This document shows positions 52,564-61,153 of a stretch of 62,316 bases of DNA, piece after piece. The stretch lies in assembly GCA_003697105.1 (NCBI GenBank), contig RFFQ01000075.1, positions 1 to 62,316 on the forward strand. The letters run 5' to 3'. The stretch comes from Gemmatimonadota bacterium. GTDB lineage: Bacteria > 4572-55 > J002. The notes beneath the pieces were generated by a model. It was not told the origin of the DNA. It did no database searches and saw only the letters and a program-made list of their open reading frames with translations. Positions within the stretch are counted from its first letter, which is position 1; each line of letters begins with the position of its first letter. The position numbers and the translations under genes are program-made.

Positions 52564-53475
52564 CTATTTTGTTTCGGATGTCATTTTCTTTTTTAATACC
52601 AAAAGGCTAGCAAAACGCGGGTCAACCGTGGGAGGAATATCATTGAGGTCACCGGAAAATTCAAGCCTTTTTTCGGGACGCTTTTTGTCCGGTGTGTGGT
52701 TTGATTGGGGGGGAGAGGATTTCCGGTCTGACGTGGAATTCATCGTAGCATCATATCGCTCATGGAATTTTTGCACCGGATTCAGGGGTTCTGGGTGAAT
52801 TCGTTCTACCGTGGAATCGCTTTGGGTCGCCATTTGAGGGGAAGGGTGCGCCAATGCCCGAATGGATAAACTCAATTTTTGCCGTTTCGGGTCCACAGCC
52901 AACACCTTCACCGTCACCCGTTCCCCGATACAAACCACCTCTGCCGGATCGTGGACGTAATCTGGGGATAATTCCGAAATGTGAATTAAACCATCCCGTT
53001 TGACGCCCACATCCACAAACACACCGTAAGAGCAGATGTTTTTCACCGTGCCCTCCAACACCATGCCGGGGACGATATTCCGCAGATGGGTCGGCTGGAT
53101 CGGATTGCCCGAGGGCATCACCATAGAACCCAACTGTCCCATCTGTTTGTAAAAGATTTCCGCACTGCCACTGCGATAATAACTGCTTAGATAGGCAACC
53201 CAATACAAGATCGAGATCAGATCATCATCCGGCCGGTGAGCAAAGGCGGTCAAACCGGTGGAGTAAACCTCAAACATCTGTTGGAAATCCCGTCCATTTT
53301 CAGCCAGCGGCTGTTCCGGTTCGCTCATCGCTTGGAGAAAGCGCAAAACAAGTTCCACGTCTGGATGGGTTTCAGCGAAATGTGCCACCTGCAAAGCCGC
53401 TTGGGGGCTGACATGGTGCCGTGCTAGCTCTTCTGCCATTTGATGTGCTTTTTGCCACGTACCGGTCGTAAACAT
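52564..53475 (-). CDS. Type III-D-associated protein: helical Cas11/small-subunit-like domain fused to a Tex-type S1 RNA-binding domain
   Basis: Helical N-terminus ending ISILYWVAYL. S1 motif GMVLEGTVKNI..YGVFVDVG...DGLIHISEL. TAATG coupling to the upstream cas7. Confidence 0.7.
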   Translation of the reverse strand: MFTTGTWQKAHQMAEELARHHVSPQAALQVAHFAETHPDVELVLRFLQAMSEPEQPLAENGRDFQQMFEVYSTGLTAFAHRPDDDLISILYWVAYLSSYYRSGSAEIFYKQMGQLGSMVMPSGNPIQPTHLRNIVPGMVLEGTVKNICSYGVFVDVGVKRDGLIHISELSPDYVHDPAEVVCIGERVTVKVLAVDPKRQKLSLSIRALAHPSPQMATQSDSTVERIHPEPLNPVQKFHERYDATMNSTSDRKSSPPQSNHTPDKKRPEKRLEFSGDLNDIPPTVDPRFASLLVLKKKMTSETK

Positions 53476-54374
53476 TACGTATCCCCCTTGGGTACAAAGT
53501 GCCAGAGCTGTTGTAACTGCTTAAAAGCATCCTCAACAAGGTAAAGTTGCTTGGCGGCAAGCATCAGCGGGCGCGGGTCATTCATGACCCGGCGGGAAGG
53601 CGCCTCGTTCAAAAAATAGCGTTGCGGGTCCACCAACTGAATTTCAGCGGGTTCAAAGGCAATAACACCATATCCCATTGGCGGCGTGAGTTGGAAGGCA
53701 AAAAAAAGTAAGCCCACCTGCCCTTTGGTCAGATTTTCAAAACGGATGGAACACTGAAACCGTGCGCCCGGCAAACAGATTTCCGTGGGGATATTTCCGG
53801 CAGGAGTTGGCGTGTAGCGATAGAATAGCCGTCCATTAATTGCGTTTTGCTGACGTTCTGAAGGTGGTGGGGACGGGTTGGGGGGCAACTTCCGTATTCC
53901 CAGTTCCCCCTCATCCAAATACGCATCGGAAATCTCCAATTGCCCGCGGTAGCCTTTCGTGCCAAACAGTTGCTCCACCAAATCGAGTTGCCACCGGCGC
54001 GCCGGGTCATTGGGATGAAGAGGCAACATCCGGTTAGGGATATGCTGAATCTGGTGACGGGGAAATTGGCTCAACCCACAAGGCGAAATGGTTTCCAAGA
54101 TGGAGCGCAACAGCCCCTTAACCGCCGTACCGGGAAGGGCAACGCGACCATTCGCCCGGAAATGAGCCCGGTACAGGCGGGCAGGATCGTGTGTATCATC
54201 CATGTTCAACCGCCCATCACCTAGATGTATCGGTGCTTTGACGCGGAGATATAGCGTCAGCGAACCGTTCAAATAGCGGACGTTCAGCCGGTGATGACCG
54301 GCGGGTCGGTTCCGTCGCACCCCACCCGGTGGAAACGGAATCACATCATGGGAAGATGGTGTGGGGGGAGTCAT
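53475..54374 (-). CDS. cas7: RAMP Cas7-family protein (type III-D terminal Cas7), degenerate
   Basis: PIHLGDG, LPGTAVKGLLRSILETIS, QLFG, GRLFY, FENLT..QVGLL; G-rich loop shortened to PPMGYG. Confidence 0.8.
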   Translation of the reverse strand: MTPPTPSSHDVIPFPPGGVRRNRPAGHHRLNVRYLNGSLTLYLRVKAPIHLGDGRLNMDDTHDPARLYRAHFRANGRVALPGTAVKGLLRSILETISPCGLSQFPRHQIQHIPNRMLPLHPNDPARRWQLDLVEQLFGTKGYRGQLEISDAYLDEGELGIRKLPPNPSPPPSERQQNAINGRLFYRYTPTPAGNIPTEICLPGARFQCSIRFENLTKGQVGLLFFAFQLTPPMGYGVIAFEPAEIQLVDPQRYFLNEAPSRRVMNDPRPLMLAAKQLYLVEDAFKQLQQLWHFVPKGDT

Positions 54375-54913
54375 GCAATACCTTTCCAGCGTAGAAATTG
54401 GGTTGCCCCCGTGAAGGCATCACAATAACGGATAGCAGTCAGATAAACCTGCTCCGGTGCATCCTCTACCGGGTAGGTCAAAGTGTGGGGGATGCGCTCC
54501 GCCCGCCATCCCTGCCGTTCGGTATCGTAAATTCCCCACAAGGGGTAATTGGCAACCTGTGTACCGGTTTCCGGCAACCGGAAGCGATCCGACTGGTCCA
54601 CCATACCGGGCAGCCTCAATATGGTATCGAGAGTGGTTTTAGATTCAGTCAAAAATCGTAGGTCCAGCCGCTCCGAATCGACCCATCGCCAGTGCATCAG
54701 AACGGTTTCATTGAAGATTTCGCCAGTAGCGGCAGTCGGAATGAGCCGGATCGCATCCGCGGCAATATCCTGTTCCAAGGGACATGCTCCCGGTTGAAAT
54801 CGACAGACAAAAAGCATCGAGTTACCCAAAATGGATTTCAAATTGGCTTGTAAGTCTTGCCATGTTACTCCTGAGCCGGTTGCCACCCCGGCAAAGGTAG
54901 GTTTACTTCTCAT
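54371..54913 (-). CDS. csx19: Csx19-like type III-D subunit
   Basis: GEIFN...HWRW, YPLWG, ERIP..LTYP, RY...FLRW pattern between Cas7 genes. ATG 54913 follows GGAGG. Confidence 0.7.
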   Translation of the reverse strand: MRSKPTFAGVATGSGVTWQDLQANLKSILGNSMLFVCRFQPGACPLEQDIAADAIRLIPTAATGEIFNETVLMHWRWVDSERLDLRFLTESKTTLDTILRLPGMVDQSDRFRLPETGTQVANYPLWGIYDTERQGWRAERIPHTLTYPVEDAPEQVYLTAIRYCDAFTGATQFLRWKGIA

Positions 54914-55862
54914 TTGCGACCTCCATCCGCCAGCGCTCCACACCACATCGCCAGAGCGCCGTTTGATCAATATCATTTTGCAAAATTAGTTCTACCCCGC
55001 GCCATATATCTTCTGTATAATGTAGGTGTTCGGGCAAGGGAGTTCTATCGTCGGGTGATAAAAAATAATCCTTCGCCAAGGGGGAAAGTGCCCCCGCCCC
55101 ATATAATTGATCGGCACAGCCGATTCGCCGCCCGTTGAGCAACTCCAACTGGTCACCGTGAAGACGGCACGCCGGATACCGCAGACTGAAATGGGTGACA
55201 TCTGCCTTAATCTGCCCCAACCCGCGCGAACGCCCCGCACCTAACCGCAATTGTCCGGTTTGCAAATCGCGCAATACAATCGCCAGCAAGCCGAATTGAC
55301 CCAAGGTGAAATTTTTGAGTGTTAGCACGGTTTCAAACGAGCCTGCCATGATCACTTCAAACGCGCTTTTCGATGCTGGGATCGCCTCCCCCAACACCCG
55401 GTCGATGGCAACCGTGTGCCGATTTTCGGTAATTACCTCGGCGTTCGGATACGCATCCGCAATGCTTATCCGGCTGGCCAAATAACGATTGCCAAACAAG
55501 CGACAGGTGGTACAGGACTCGCGATAAATCTCCGTAGCAGGGGGAACCGGCGTTCCTTTGGATTTGAAAAAGGCGTTACAACTGTAGCGAGTCCCATCAC
55601 CGGTATTCCGTTCGGAGCGGTCACCCAGCGGGTTACAACTCCAGACAGCCCCTTCCAGTGTGCGGTTAATTCGTTCCACGTGTTGGCGTAACATCCCCCG
55701 CAAGCTCGTGCCGGGCAAGTAAACCACACCGCCGGTACGGACACATTGAATTTCCGGGCGGGTGGGGTCACTGCCAAATTCATTTTGTCCGCGGATCAAG
55801 AGGGGTTGCACGACCGAGATCGTTAGATCAAGCCGAAGTTCGTTCACCAGTTGGTTATGCAT
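54903..55862 (-). CDS. cas7: RAMP Cas7 (Csm3/Csx7-like)
   Basis: MHN start, YLPGTSLRG, CNPL..CTTCRLFG Zn site, VAIDR thumb, LGAGRSRGLG. Confidence 0.88.
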   Translation of the reverse strand: MHNQLVNELRLDLTISVVQPLLIRGQNEFGSDPTRPEIQCVRTGGVVYLPGTSLRGMLRQHVERINRTLEGAVWSCNPLGDRSERNTGDGTRYSCNAFFKSKGTPVPPATEIYRESCTTCRLFGNRYLASRISIADAYPNAEVITENRHTVAIDRVLGEAIPASKSAFEVIMAGSFETVLTLKNFTLGQFGLLAIVLRDLQTGQLRLGAGRSRGLGQIKADVTHFSLRYPACRLHGDQLELLNGRRIGCADQLYGAGALSPLAKDYFLSPDDRTPLPEHLHYTEDIWRGVELILQNDIDQTALWRCGVERWRMEVANEK

Positions 55863-56574
55863 CGTTTCTTCTTCTCCTTGCCACTCCGGCGATTTCCGTG
55901 TGAAAAGCGGCTAACCAGCGTTGTTCAATTTCGGCGGGAATCTCATCTGCCGGAGACCCATGTTGTAAAAAATGGAGTAGCGTCTGTGGCTGACCATCGT
56001 ATTCAAACCAGCGCCGGTCGGTCACATCCAATTTGACCCGTCCCAGCCCCCGATTTTTGAATCCGCCCAACGTTAGCTCACCTCGTTTTAGGGCATGGAG
56101 TCCCACCAGCAACAGTCCGAACTGTGCATCTTTCAGATTTTCCGCCACCAACCGGAAGCTAAACACCGTTTCCGGGGGTACTATCTCGTATTGATAACGG
56201 CTGTTCGGGATCATCGTTCGCGTATGCCGGTGAACTGAGAGACCTTGTCGCAAATGAATGCCGGCAGTGCCGGTTTCGGTCACCAGCGGCAGGTCATCAA
56301 TTTGAACACGTCCGGCAAGGTGACGGGCGCCAAACACCGGCTCAAGCCATGATGCGGTCTCATCCGTACCAAGTAAGGTCTCCAGAATGGCTGCCAGATG
56401 GGCACGCAAGGCACCTTTGACGGTTGACCCGGGGATGAACGGCTGACCGAGGGCATTGCGCAGGAGTGGCGCACCGTTGTGTAATGCCACCATTTGTGCC
56501 GAACCAATGCGAATCGCGGTCACGGTTCGTAACGTACCTTCCAGCCAGAGTTGGTTTTGCAGGGTGTCGCTCAT
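55855..56574 (-). CDS. cas7: RAMP Cas7 (Csm3/Csx7-like); catalytic Asp and Zn site apparently lost
   Basis: IRIG, PFIPGSTVKGALR, VFG...GRV, thumb LSVHR, LGGFKNRGLG. Confidence 0.88.
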   Translation of the reverse strand: MSDTLQNQLWLEGTLRTVTAIRIGSAQMVALHNGAPLLRNALGQPFIPGSTVKGALRAHLAAILETLLGTDETASWLEPVFGARHLAGRVQIDDLPLVTETGTAGIHLRQGLSVHRHTRTMIPNSRYQYEIVPPETVFSFRLVAENLKDAQFGLLLVGLHALKRGELTLGGFKNRGLGRVKLDVTDRRWFEYDGQPQTLLHFLQHGSPADEIPAEIEQRWLAAFHTEIAGVARRRRNDA

Positions 56575-57104
56575 CTGGGATGACCTTCCGCCGATTTTTT
56601 CCGGTGCCGAGACCGCCGCTTACCAGAGGCAAAGACCAGATTATCCCAATCCTGAGTGGTATGCCCGTACACAAAACAGCGGTAAACATAACCTAGATAG
56701 AGCTGGGTAAGACGCAAATGCAGTTCACGCCGGTAGAGCGACAGATTCGCACCCGCAAGATGTTGGCGGGCATACGCCAGCACGCCCTCTACGGCTTGAA
56801 ATACAGCGCCCTCACGATGTTCCACATCATAAATGATCCACTCGCCAAAACTGTTGTGACGCCACCCACGATGACCCACTGCTTGCCCGATGTAATAACG
56901 CACATTGTTAGTAATCGCCTCGATACTGGAGGTAGTTTGCGCCACGTTCAGCAATTGTTGGAGATGTTCCGGTTGGATAATGTGGTCATCCCGCAACTTT
57001 TTGGCACAGCGCCCTGCCGCCTGAATGATCGCGTCCAATTGAGCATCAATACCGCGCTGAAAAATAAGTTCTCGTCTGAGGCGACGTTCCTGATCCGTTT
57101 GCAT
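56571..57104 (-). CDS. cas11: Cas11/Csm2-like small subunit
   Basis: All-helical; QQLLNVA...ITNNVRYYIG...W...LYLGY pattern. ATG 57104 follows GGAGG (track start 57200). Confidence 0.75.
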   Translation of the reverse strand: MQTDQERRLRRELIFQRGIDAQLDAIIQAAGRCAKKLRDDHIIQPEHLQQLLNVAQTTSSIEAITNNVRYYIGQAVGHRGWRHNSFGEWIIYDVEHREGAVFQAVEGVLAYARQHLAGANLSLYRRELHLRLTQLYLGYVYRCFVYGHTTQDWDNLVFASGKRRSRHRKKSAEGHPR

Positions 57105-58089
57105 GGTTTTCCTCCGGCTCCGCGAATACGTGCATCTCGGAGCAGATTTTAATCTGACCAAACCCTTCTGCAGTGCGTTCCCCCAACCCGTCCCGTTCAA
57201 TAGCCGTTAAGACCGGGATCAGCGTTGCCGGGTCACTGGCGGTACGGCAGAGATAACAACTCCCCATCTGGGCAATCACCGTGGTCGGGCGTGGTAATCC
57301 CCACGCGCCGTTCCATCCACCTTGATAACCGTGCTGTACTTCCGCCCAAACGACCGTTACGCGCCCCTCACCCCAAATTCGATTTAATTCGGTTTGAGGA
57401 TTGAGCGTGGGGCACCGATCGGGGGTTTGAAAAATGGCATTTGATTGCAGATCAAGGGTAAAATAAACATCATGAGAATCCGATTTGAATCGATCCGGTA
57501 AATGCCGGTTGAATTGCTCCAATCGATCCGCAACATCCATTTGGGGAGGGGGATCAACCGCTTCGATAGTTACCTGACCAAAACCGCGTGTTTTCCCCGC
57601 TCCGACTGTGGTGATCTTTTGGAGCCATTCCGAGACCGGCAACTCGGACGAAATCGCGGTAAAAAAGGTTGTGGGCTGGAATTGCTGGTCTTGCCACTGG
57701 ACTTCCGAGATCACCGGCCGGCCGAGATAACGGGTATCCACAAAAACCGGAATCAATTGCTCTTGCTGGAGATACCCATAGCGGGTCAAGGGCGGTGCAT
57801 TTCTCCCGTTCGCAAAAGGAGTTTGCGGATCATAACCCCGCGAGATTCGGGGTCTCACCGGTAATGGAATAACCTCACTCCAGTGCGACCGGTGCGCTAG
57901 ATAGGCATTGCGGAAAATCACCGGCGATTCCGTGCCACACAACGCCTGAAATAGCGGGTCATCGGCAGAGATGCCCTCCTCGTGCAACAAATGATACGCC
58001 AAAGCGCCTCGCAAAACCGCTCCAGGGATATAGTCCGGATCGACCGCTACGGGAGATAACGCCGTAATGCGGTAAAAATGCGTGATCAT
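57046..58089 (-). CDS. csx10: Csx10-like RAMP (Cas5 group, type III-D)
   Basis: ITALSP, DYIPGAVLRGALA, VIFRNA, VGAGKTRGFG, GGWNGAWGLPR, GSC, GLGERTAEGFG. ATG 58089 overlaps the upstream TGA. Confidence 0.85.
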   Translation of the reverse strand: MITHFYRITALSPVAVDPDYIPGAVLRGALAYHLLHEEGISADDPLFQALCGTESPVIFRNAYLAHRSHWSEVIPLPVRPRISRGYDPQTPFANGRNAPPLTRYGYLQQEQLIPVFVDTRYLGRPVISEVQWQDQQFQPTTFFTAISSELPVSEWLQKITTVGAGKTRGFGQVTIEAVDPPPQMDVADRLEQFNRHLPDRFKSDSHDVYFTLDLQSNAIFQTPDRCPTLNPQTELNRIWGEGRVTVVWAEVQHGYQGGWNGAWGLPRPTTVIAQMGSCYLCRTASDPATLIPVLTAIERDGLGERTAEGFGQIKICSEMHVFAEPEENHANGSGTSPQTRTYFSARY

Positions 58090-58628
58090 GGCACCTCCAC
58101 TTGTGGATTGGCAGGCATACCATCCATAAAAGCATGTGCTTGAACCGTTACCCGTCCTACCCCGCGCGAACGGCTTCCGCCGAGATGATGAATGTGGCGC
58201 AAACTCAACAACAACCATGCTAAATCCTGTTCCGCGGATGATGCCGGTAGATACCCTTCAATGGCACGAGGATGCGCCGCCACACCGCCGGGCGCATCCA
58301 GCACCGGGATGGCAAAGAATCCTGACGGCAAAGGAGTGCCCGTCTGCCGGTCTAGCGCCAAACCGAAACGCGGCTGAACCTCCCCTGCATTCACGATCAT
58401 ATCATGATACCGCAAGTGACACGGTGCTTTCGCCGATCCCACGAGCCGGCAAATCACCCCCTGACCGGTACCGGAAATCGTCTGCAAAATACGGGTTAGA
58501 TGGTACCGGACCTGCCGTTTTAAGAGTGCACCGGGCACAATCACTTGTCCCCGTCCATTACGCGCCGTTGGCGGGAGTGCCAGCGCATGCTCAATCTGGA
58601 GCGTCACGTCAATATGAATAGAGCGCAT
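58086..58628 (-). CDS. cas7: RAMP Cas7 (Csm3-like), shortened and degenerate
   Basis: RN..GQVIVPGALLK, ICRLVG, GLALDRQTG thumb, LGGSRSRGVG; AAGGAG RBS. Confidence 0.8.
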   Translation of the reverse strand: MRSIHIDVTLQIEHALALPPTARNGRGQVIVPGALLKRQVRYHLTRILQTISGTGQGVICRLVGSAKAPCHLRYHDMIVNAGEVQPRFGLALDRQTGTPLPSGFFAIPVLDAPGGVAAHPRAIEGYLPASSAEQDLAWLLLSLRHIHHLGGSRSRGVGRVTVQAHAFMDGMPANPQVEVP

Positions 58629-58711
58629 CCGTCTCTCCTTAGTTTCAGATGGATCGGGTTGAACATATTTCTGTCTCCGCTATATTAACATATTCGGATG
58701 CCCTTTTCACA

Positions 58712-60850
58712 TTAACCATACACCGCCACCGCACGGTGGTCTTCCAGAGACAGCAACTCCATGACATCCGCTAAGGGGGTATAGTAATGCTCATCATCGC
58801 TGTTGAGCCACGGGGGCGTCAGAAAATCCCATTGATGCTCAAAAGCGTCTCCCCACACTGCCGGTAGCAAAGGTTGTTCGGCGGATTTTGCGGTACGCCA
58901 GGTTAAATACGCCAGAATTGCCGGCAAAAATCCCTGTTTTAGACTGGCTTGCAACTGGTATATTTCTGGTGCAGAGCATCCAATCTGTTGGAATCCGCGC
59001 AGGGCGTGCAACAGCCCTTCCAGCTCCGCTACGGTGTACGGTGCGCCGGTTAGATGGTACGTGCAGGTATCCGTTTCAGGATGGACGGTACGTTCGATGT
59101 CTCGCCAGTGGGTCAACTGGTGTGTTAGGGGAGTACCCGGTGACCTGAATACACGAAAATCGATCACACTAAGGCAATACCCCCCTTTCCGATACAATGT
59201 TGCCTGATAATTTGCCGCGGAATACGTCAATTGATCCAGTTGGTGGCGGATGATCGGGGGGGGTGTTTTTAACGACGTGAACAGAACGCCGGCATTTAGG
59301 GTAACTGCCGGTAGCGTTCGGTGGTCACAACGCGCCGGTAGATAGCGCTGAACCGGCATACTCACTGGATTTTCCACCTCGTATTGAAAGGCGGCTTCCA
59401 GATGTTCTGTAAAGGCGTGGGTTATACTCAAGGCGTGAACCGCTGGTAACATCAACAGGATTTCATCTTGGTTTAACACCAACACTTCAAACGGATGAAC
59501 CTCCCCCACCGGATGAAGATAACGGACGATACTTTGAAAGACAGCTTCTTGGACAGCAGATTGTACCTGCGCGGCACCGCACGGTATTGCTACCAAGGAT
59601 TCCGCCGGTAGGTCAACCTGAATTTTGGCACGGACAAATCCCACTAGAGATGTGCCCAGTTCTGCCGGTGTCGCTAAAAATCGGAGACTATCGAGAGGCA
59701 CATCGCCCACATACTGTTTTTGCGCCGCCGAATGCGTCTGCAAAAACGTCACAAACTCGGTCTGCCATGACGGGGTAAATGGAGGATGCCAATTGAGCGT
59801 GGGTTGCCATTTTGCCGGGTAGTCCAAATATGCCTGCTGGCGAGCACATACTTCGCACAAGTGCTGGTGCCGGTAGGACACAAGGGAAGGGCGCAAGTTG
59901 CACACCTCACAGCGCTGAACGTAAGGAAAAAGTTCAAAATGCGGCACCGGACGATCCCAAGCATCGGGGCGGTGCCGGAGCCGCTCTAAATGCGTAATCA
60001 CATAAGAAAACCCGCCGGGTATGCGGGTCGAATGCGGTTCTGCTTTGTGCCATACTTCCGTTAATGAGAATGGCGCGGCGGTAATGATGTAAGGCAGGGT
60101 CAGCGTCTCTGCCAAGATCGATGTTTCAATTTGAGAGGGCAAACTGGCCAGTTGGGAGACCGGTAAAAGGGCAATTTGGGTTATTCCACTGGAGATCACA
60201 CATTCTGGACAGGCGGAAAACCGAGCCTGAACGTGTTGGAACGCACTATCCAACATTCGGGACGCCCCGCAAATGGAGGCAACGGACGTACCCTCAAAAC
60301 GGAAATCCTCAGGATATTGAAAACTGCCATACATCACCCCAATTCGGGCATTTATCGCCTGCGGAAATGCGGGGTCCAAAAGCGCCCCGTGTACCGTTAA
60401 TAAAGGTCGGGCAAAGGGCTCTACTTGGGTGAAAAACTCGTCAAGCGACTGCCCCGCCGTTAGAACACCGCTATGTTGCTGTTCTAAAAGGGCATGTACA
60501 TACTGGAGCCGGGTGAATTGCGCAGGGGATAAGACCCGCTCTGAAAGCAAATGGCGAGTGCGGGACGGTAGCCCGTAGCTCAACGCCGCAAACCGCAGCA
60601 ATGGCAATTCTACCGGTTCGAGCAAATCATACCCTAAACAATACGTGAGTGCCGAAAAGCAACAAAGCCGGCTTGCGACAACTTGGGCATGGGAATCGTG
60701 TGAGGGAAGTGTTCGATATAATGAGATAAGACGATGGCAAACATCGGAAAGATGAAAGGGTTGCTCTGGTTCAATCAGACCAACGTGTATTTGGCGCAAT
60801 TCAGATAAAAAATGTAAGCCAGCCCCGCCCGGAAAATGATCCGCTGACAT
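58712..60850 (-). CDS. cas10: Cas10-like large subunit, catalytically degenerate (no HD, GGDD replaced by NQDE)
   Basis: Palm1 ICGASRMLD, Zn finger CEVCNLR...LCEVC, HPFEVLVLNQDEILL, LNAGV, IDF, APYT. ATG 60850 follows GAGGA and lies downstream of the promoter (track start 60916). Confidence 0.8.
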   Translation of the reverse strand: MSADHFPGGAGLHFLSELRQIHVGLIEPEQPFHLSDVCHRLISLYRTLPSHDSHAQVVASRLCCFSALTYCLGYDLLEPVELPLLRFAALSYGLPSRTRHLLSERVLSPAQFTRLQYVHALLEQQHSGVLTAGQSLDEFFTQVEPFARPLLTVHGALLDPAFPQAINARIGVMYGSFQYPEDFRFEGTSVASICGASRMLDSAFQHVQARFSACPECVISSGITQIALLPVSQLASLPSQIETSILAETLTLPYIITAAPFSLTEVWHKAEPHSTRIPGGFSYVITHLERLRHRPDAWDRPVPHFELFPYVQRCEVCNLRPSLVSYRHQHLCEVCARQQAYLDYPAKWQPTLNWHPPFTPSWQTEFVTFLQTHSAAQKQYVGDVPLDSLRFLATPAELGTSLVGFVRAKIQVDLPAESLVAIPCGAAQVQSAVQEAVFQSIVRYLHPVGEVHPFEVLVLNQDEILLMLPAVHALSITHAFTEHLEAAFQYEVENPVSMPVQRYLPARCDHRTLPAVTLNAGVLFTSLKTPPPIIRHQLDQLTYSAANYQATLYRKGGYCLSVIDFRVFRSPGTPLTHQLTHWRDIERTVHPETDTCTYHLTGAPYTVAELEGLLHALRGFQQIGCSAPEIYQLQASLKQGFLPAILAYLTWRTAKSAEQPLLPAVWGDAFEHQWDFLTPPWLNSDDEHYYTPLADVMELLSLEDHRAVAVYG

Positions 60851-60894
60851 CCGCCGTCCTCTTAATGACTTAAGGGTTTGATCGATAGATTTGT

Positions 60895-60923
60895 ACTCTA
60901 TCATAGCCCTCAGCAAAAGTCAA
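60895..60923 (-). promoter_or_regulatory. Putative sigma70 promoter of the cas operon
   Basis: TTGACT(60923-60918)-17 bp-TAGAGT(60900-60895) with TG extension. Confidence 0.65.
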
Positions 60924-61153
60924 TCACTTTTTTCCGGTGCACCGTGGTGCTGAAATACGTCTATTATTATTAAGACAGATGGAGGGTAAAATTGGGTTTA
61001 CACCTCAATAAAAATATGATATAGTTAGGTCTGTCATGGGTGAAGCGTTTGCGTCGAACGGCGACGGGTAGCCAATACTAAAGACGAGGCGGTTTACCGA
61101 TTTAAGCACTATAGACGATGTAATTATGAGAGTACAGCATAGAGTGGGGCAAA

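Noticed and set aside
52564-60850. Calling the cas genes pseudogenes
   Set aside because: No frameshifts or internal stops across about 8 kb, and RBSs, coupling and promoter are intact. Early decay cannot be fully excluded without dN/dS.
60924-61153. Searched for a CRISPR array or leader upstream of cas10
   Set aside because: No direct repeats of 23 bp or more are visible; it looks like an ordinary divergent promoter region.
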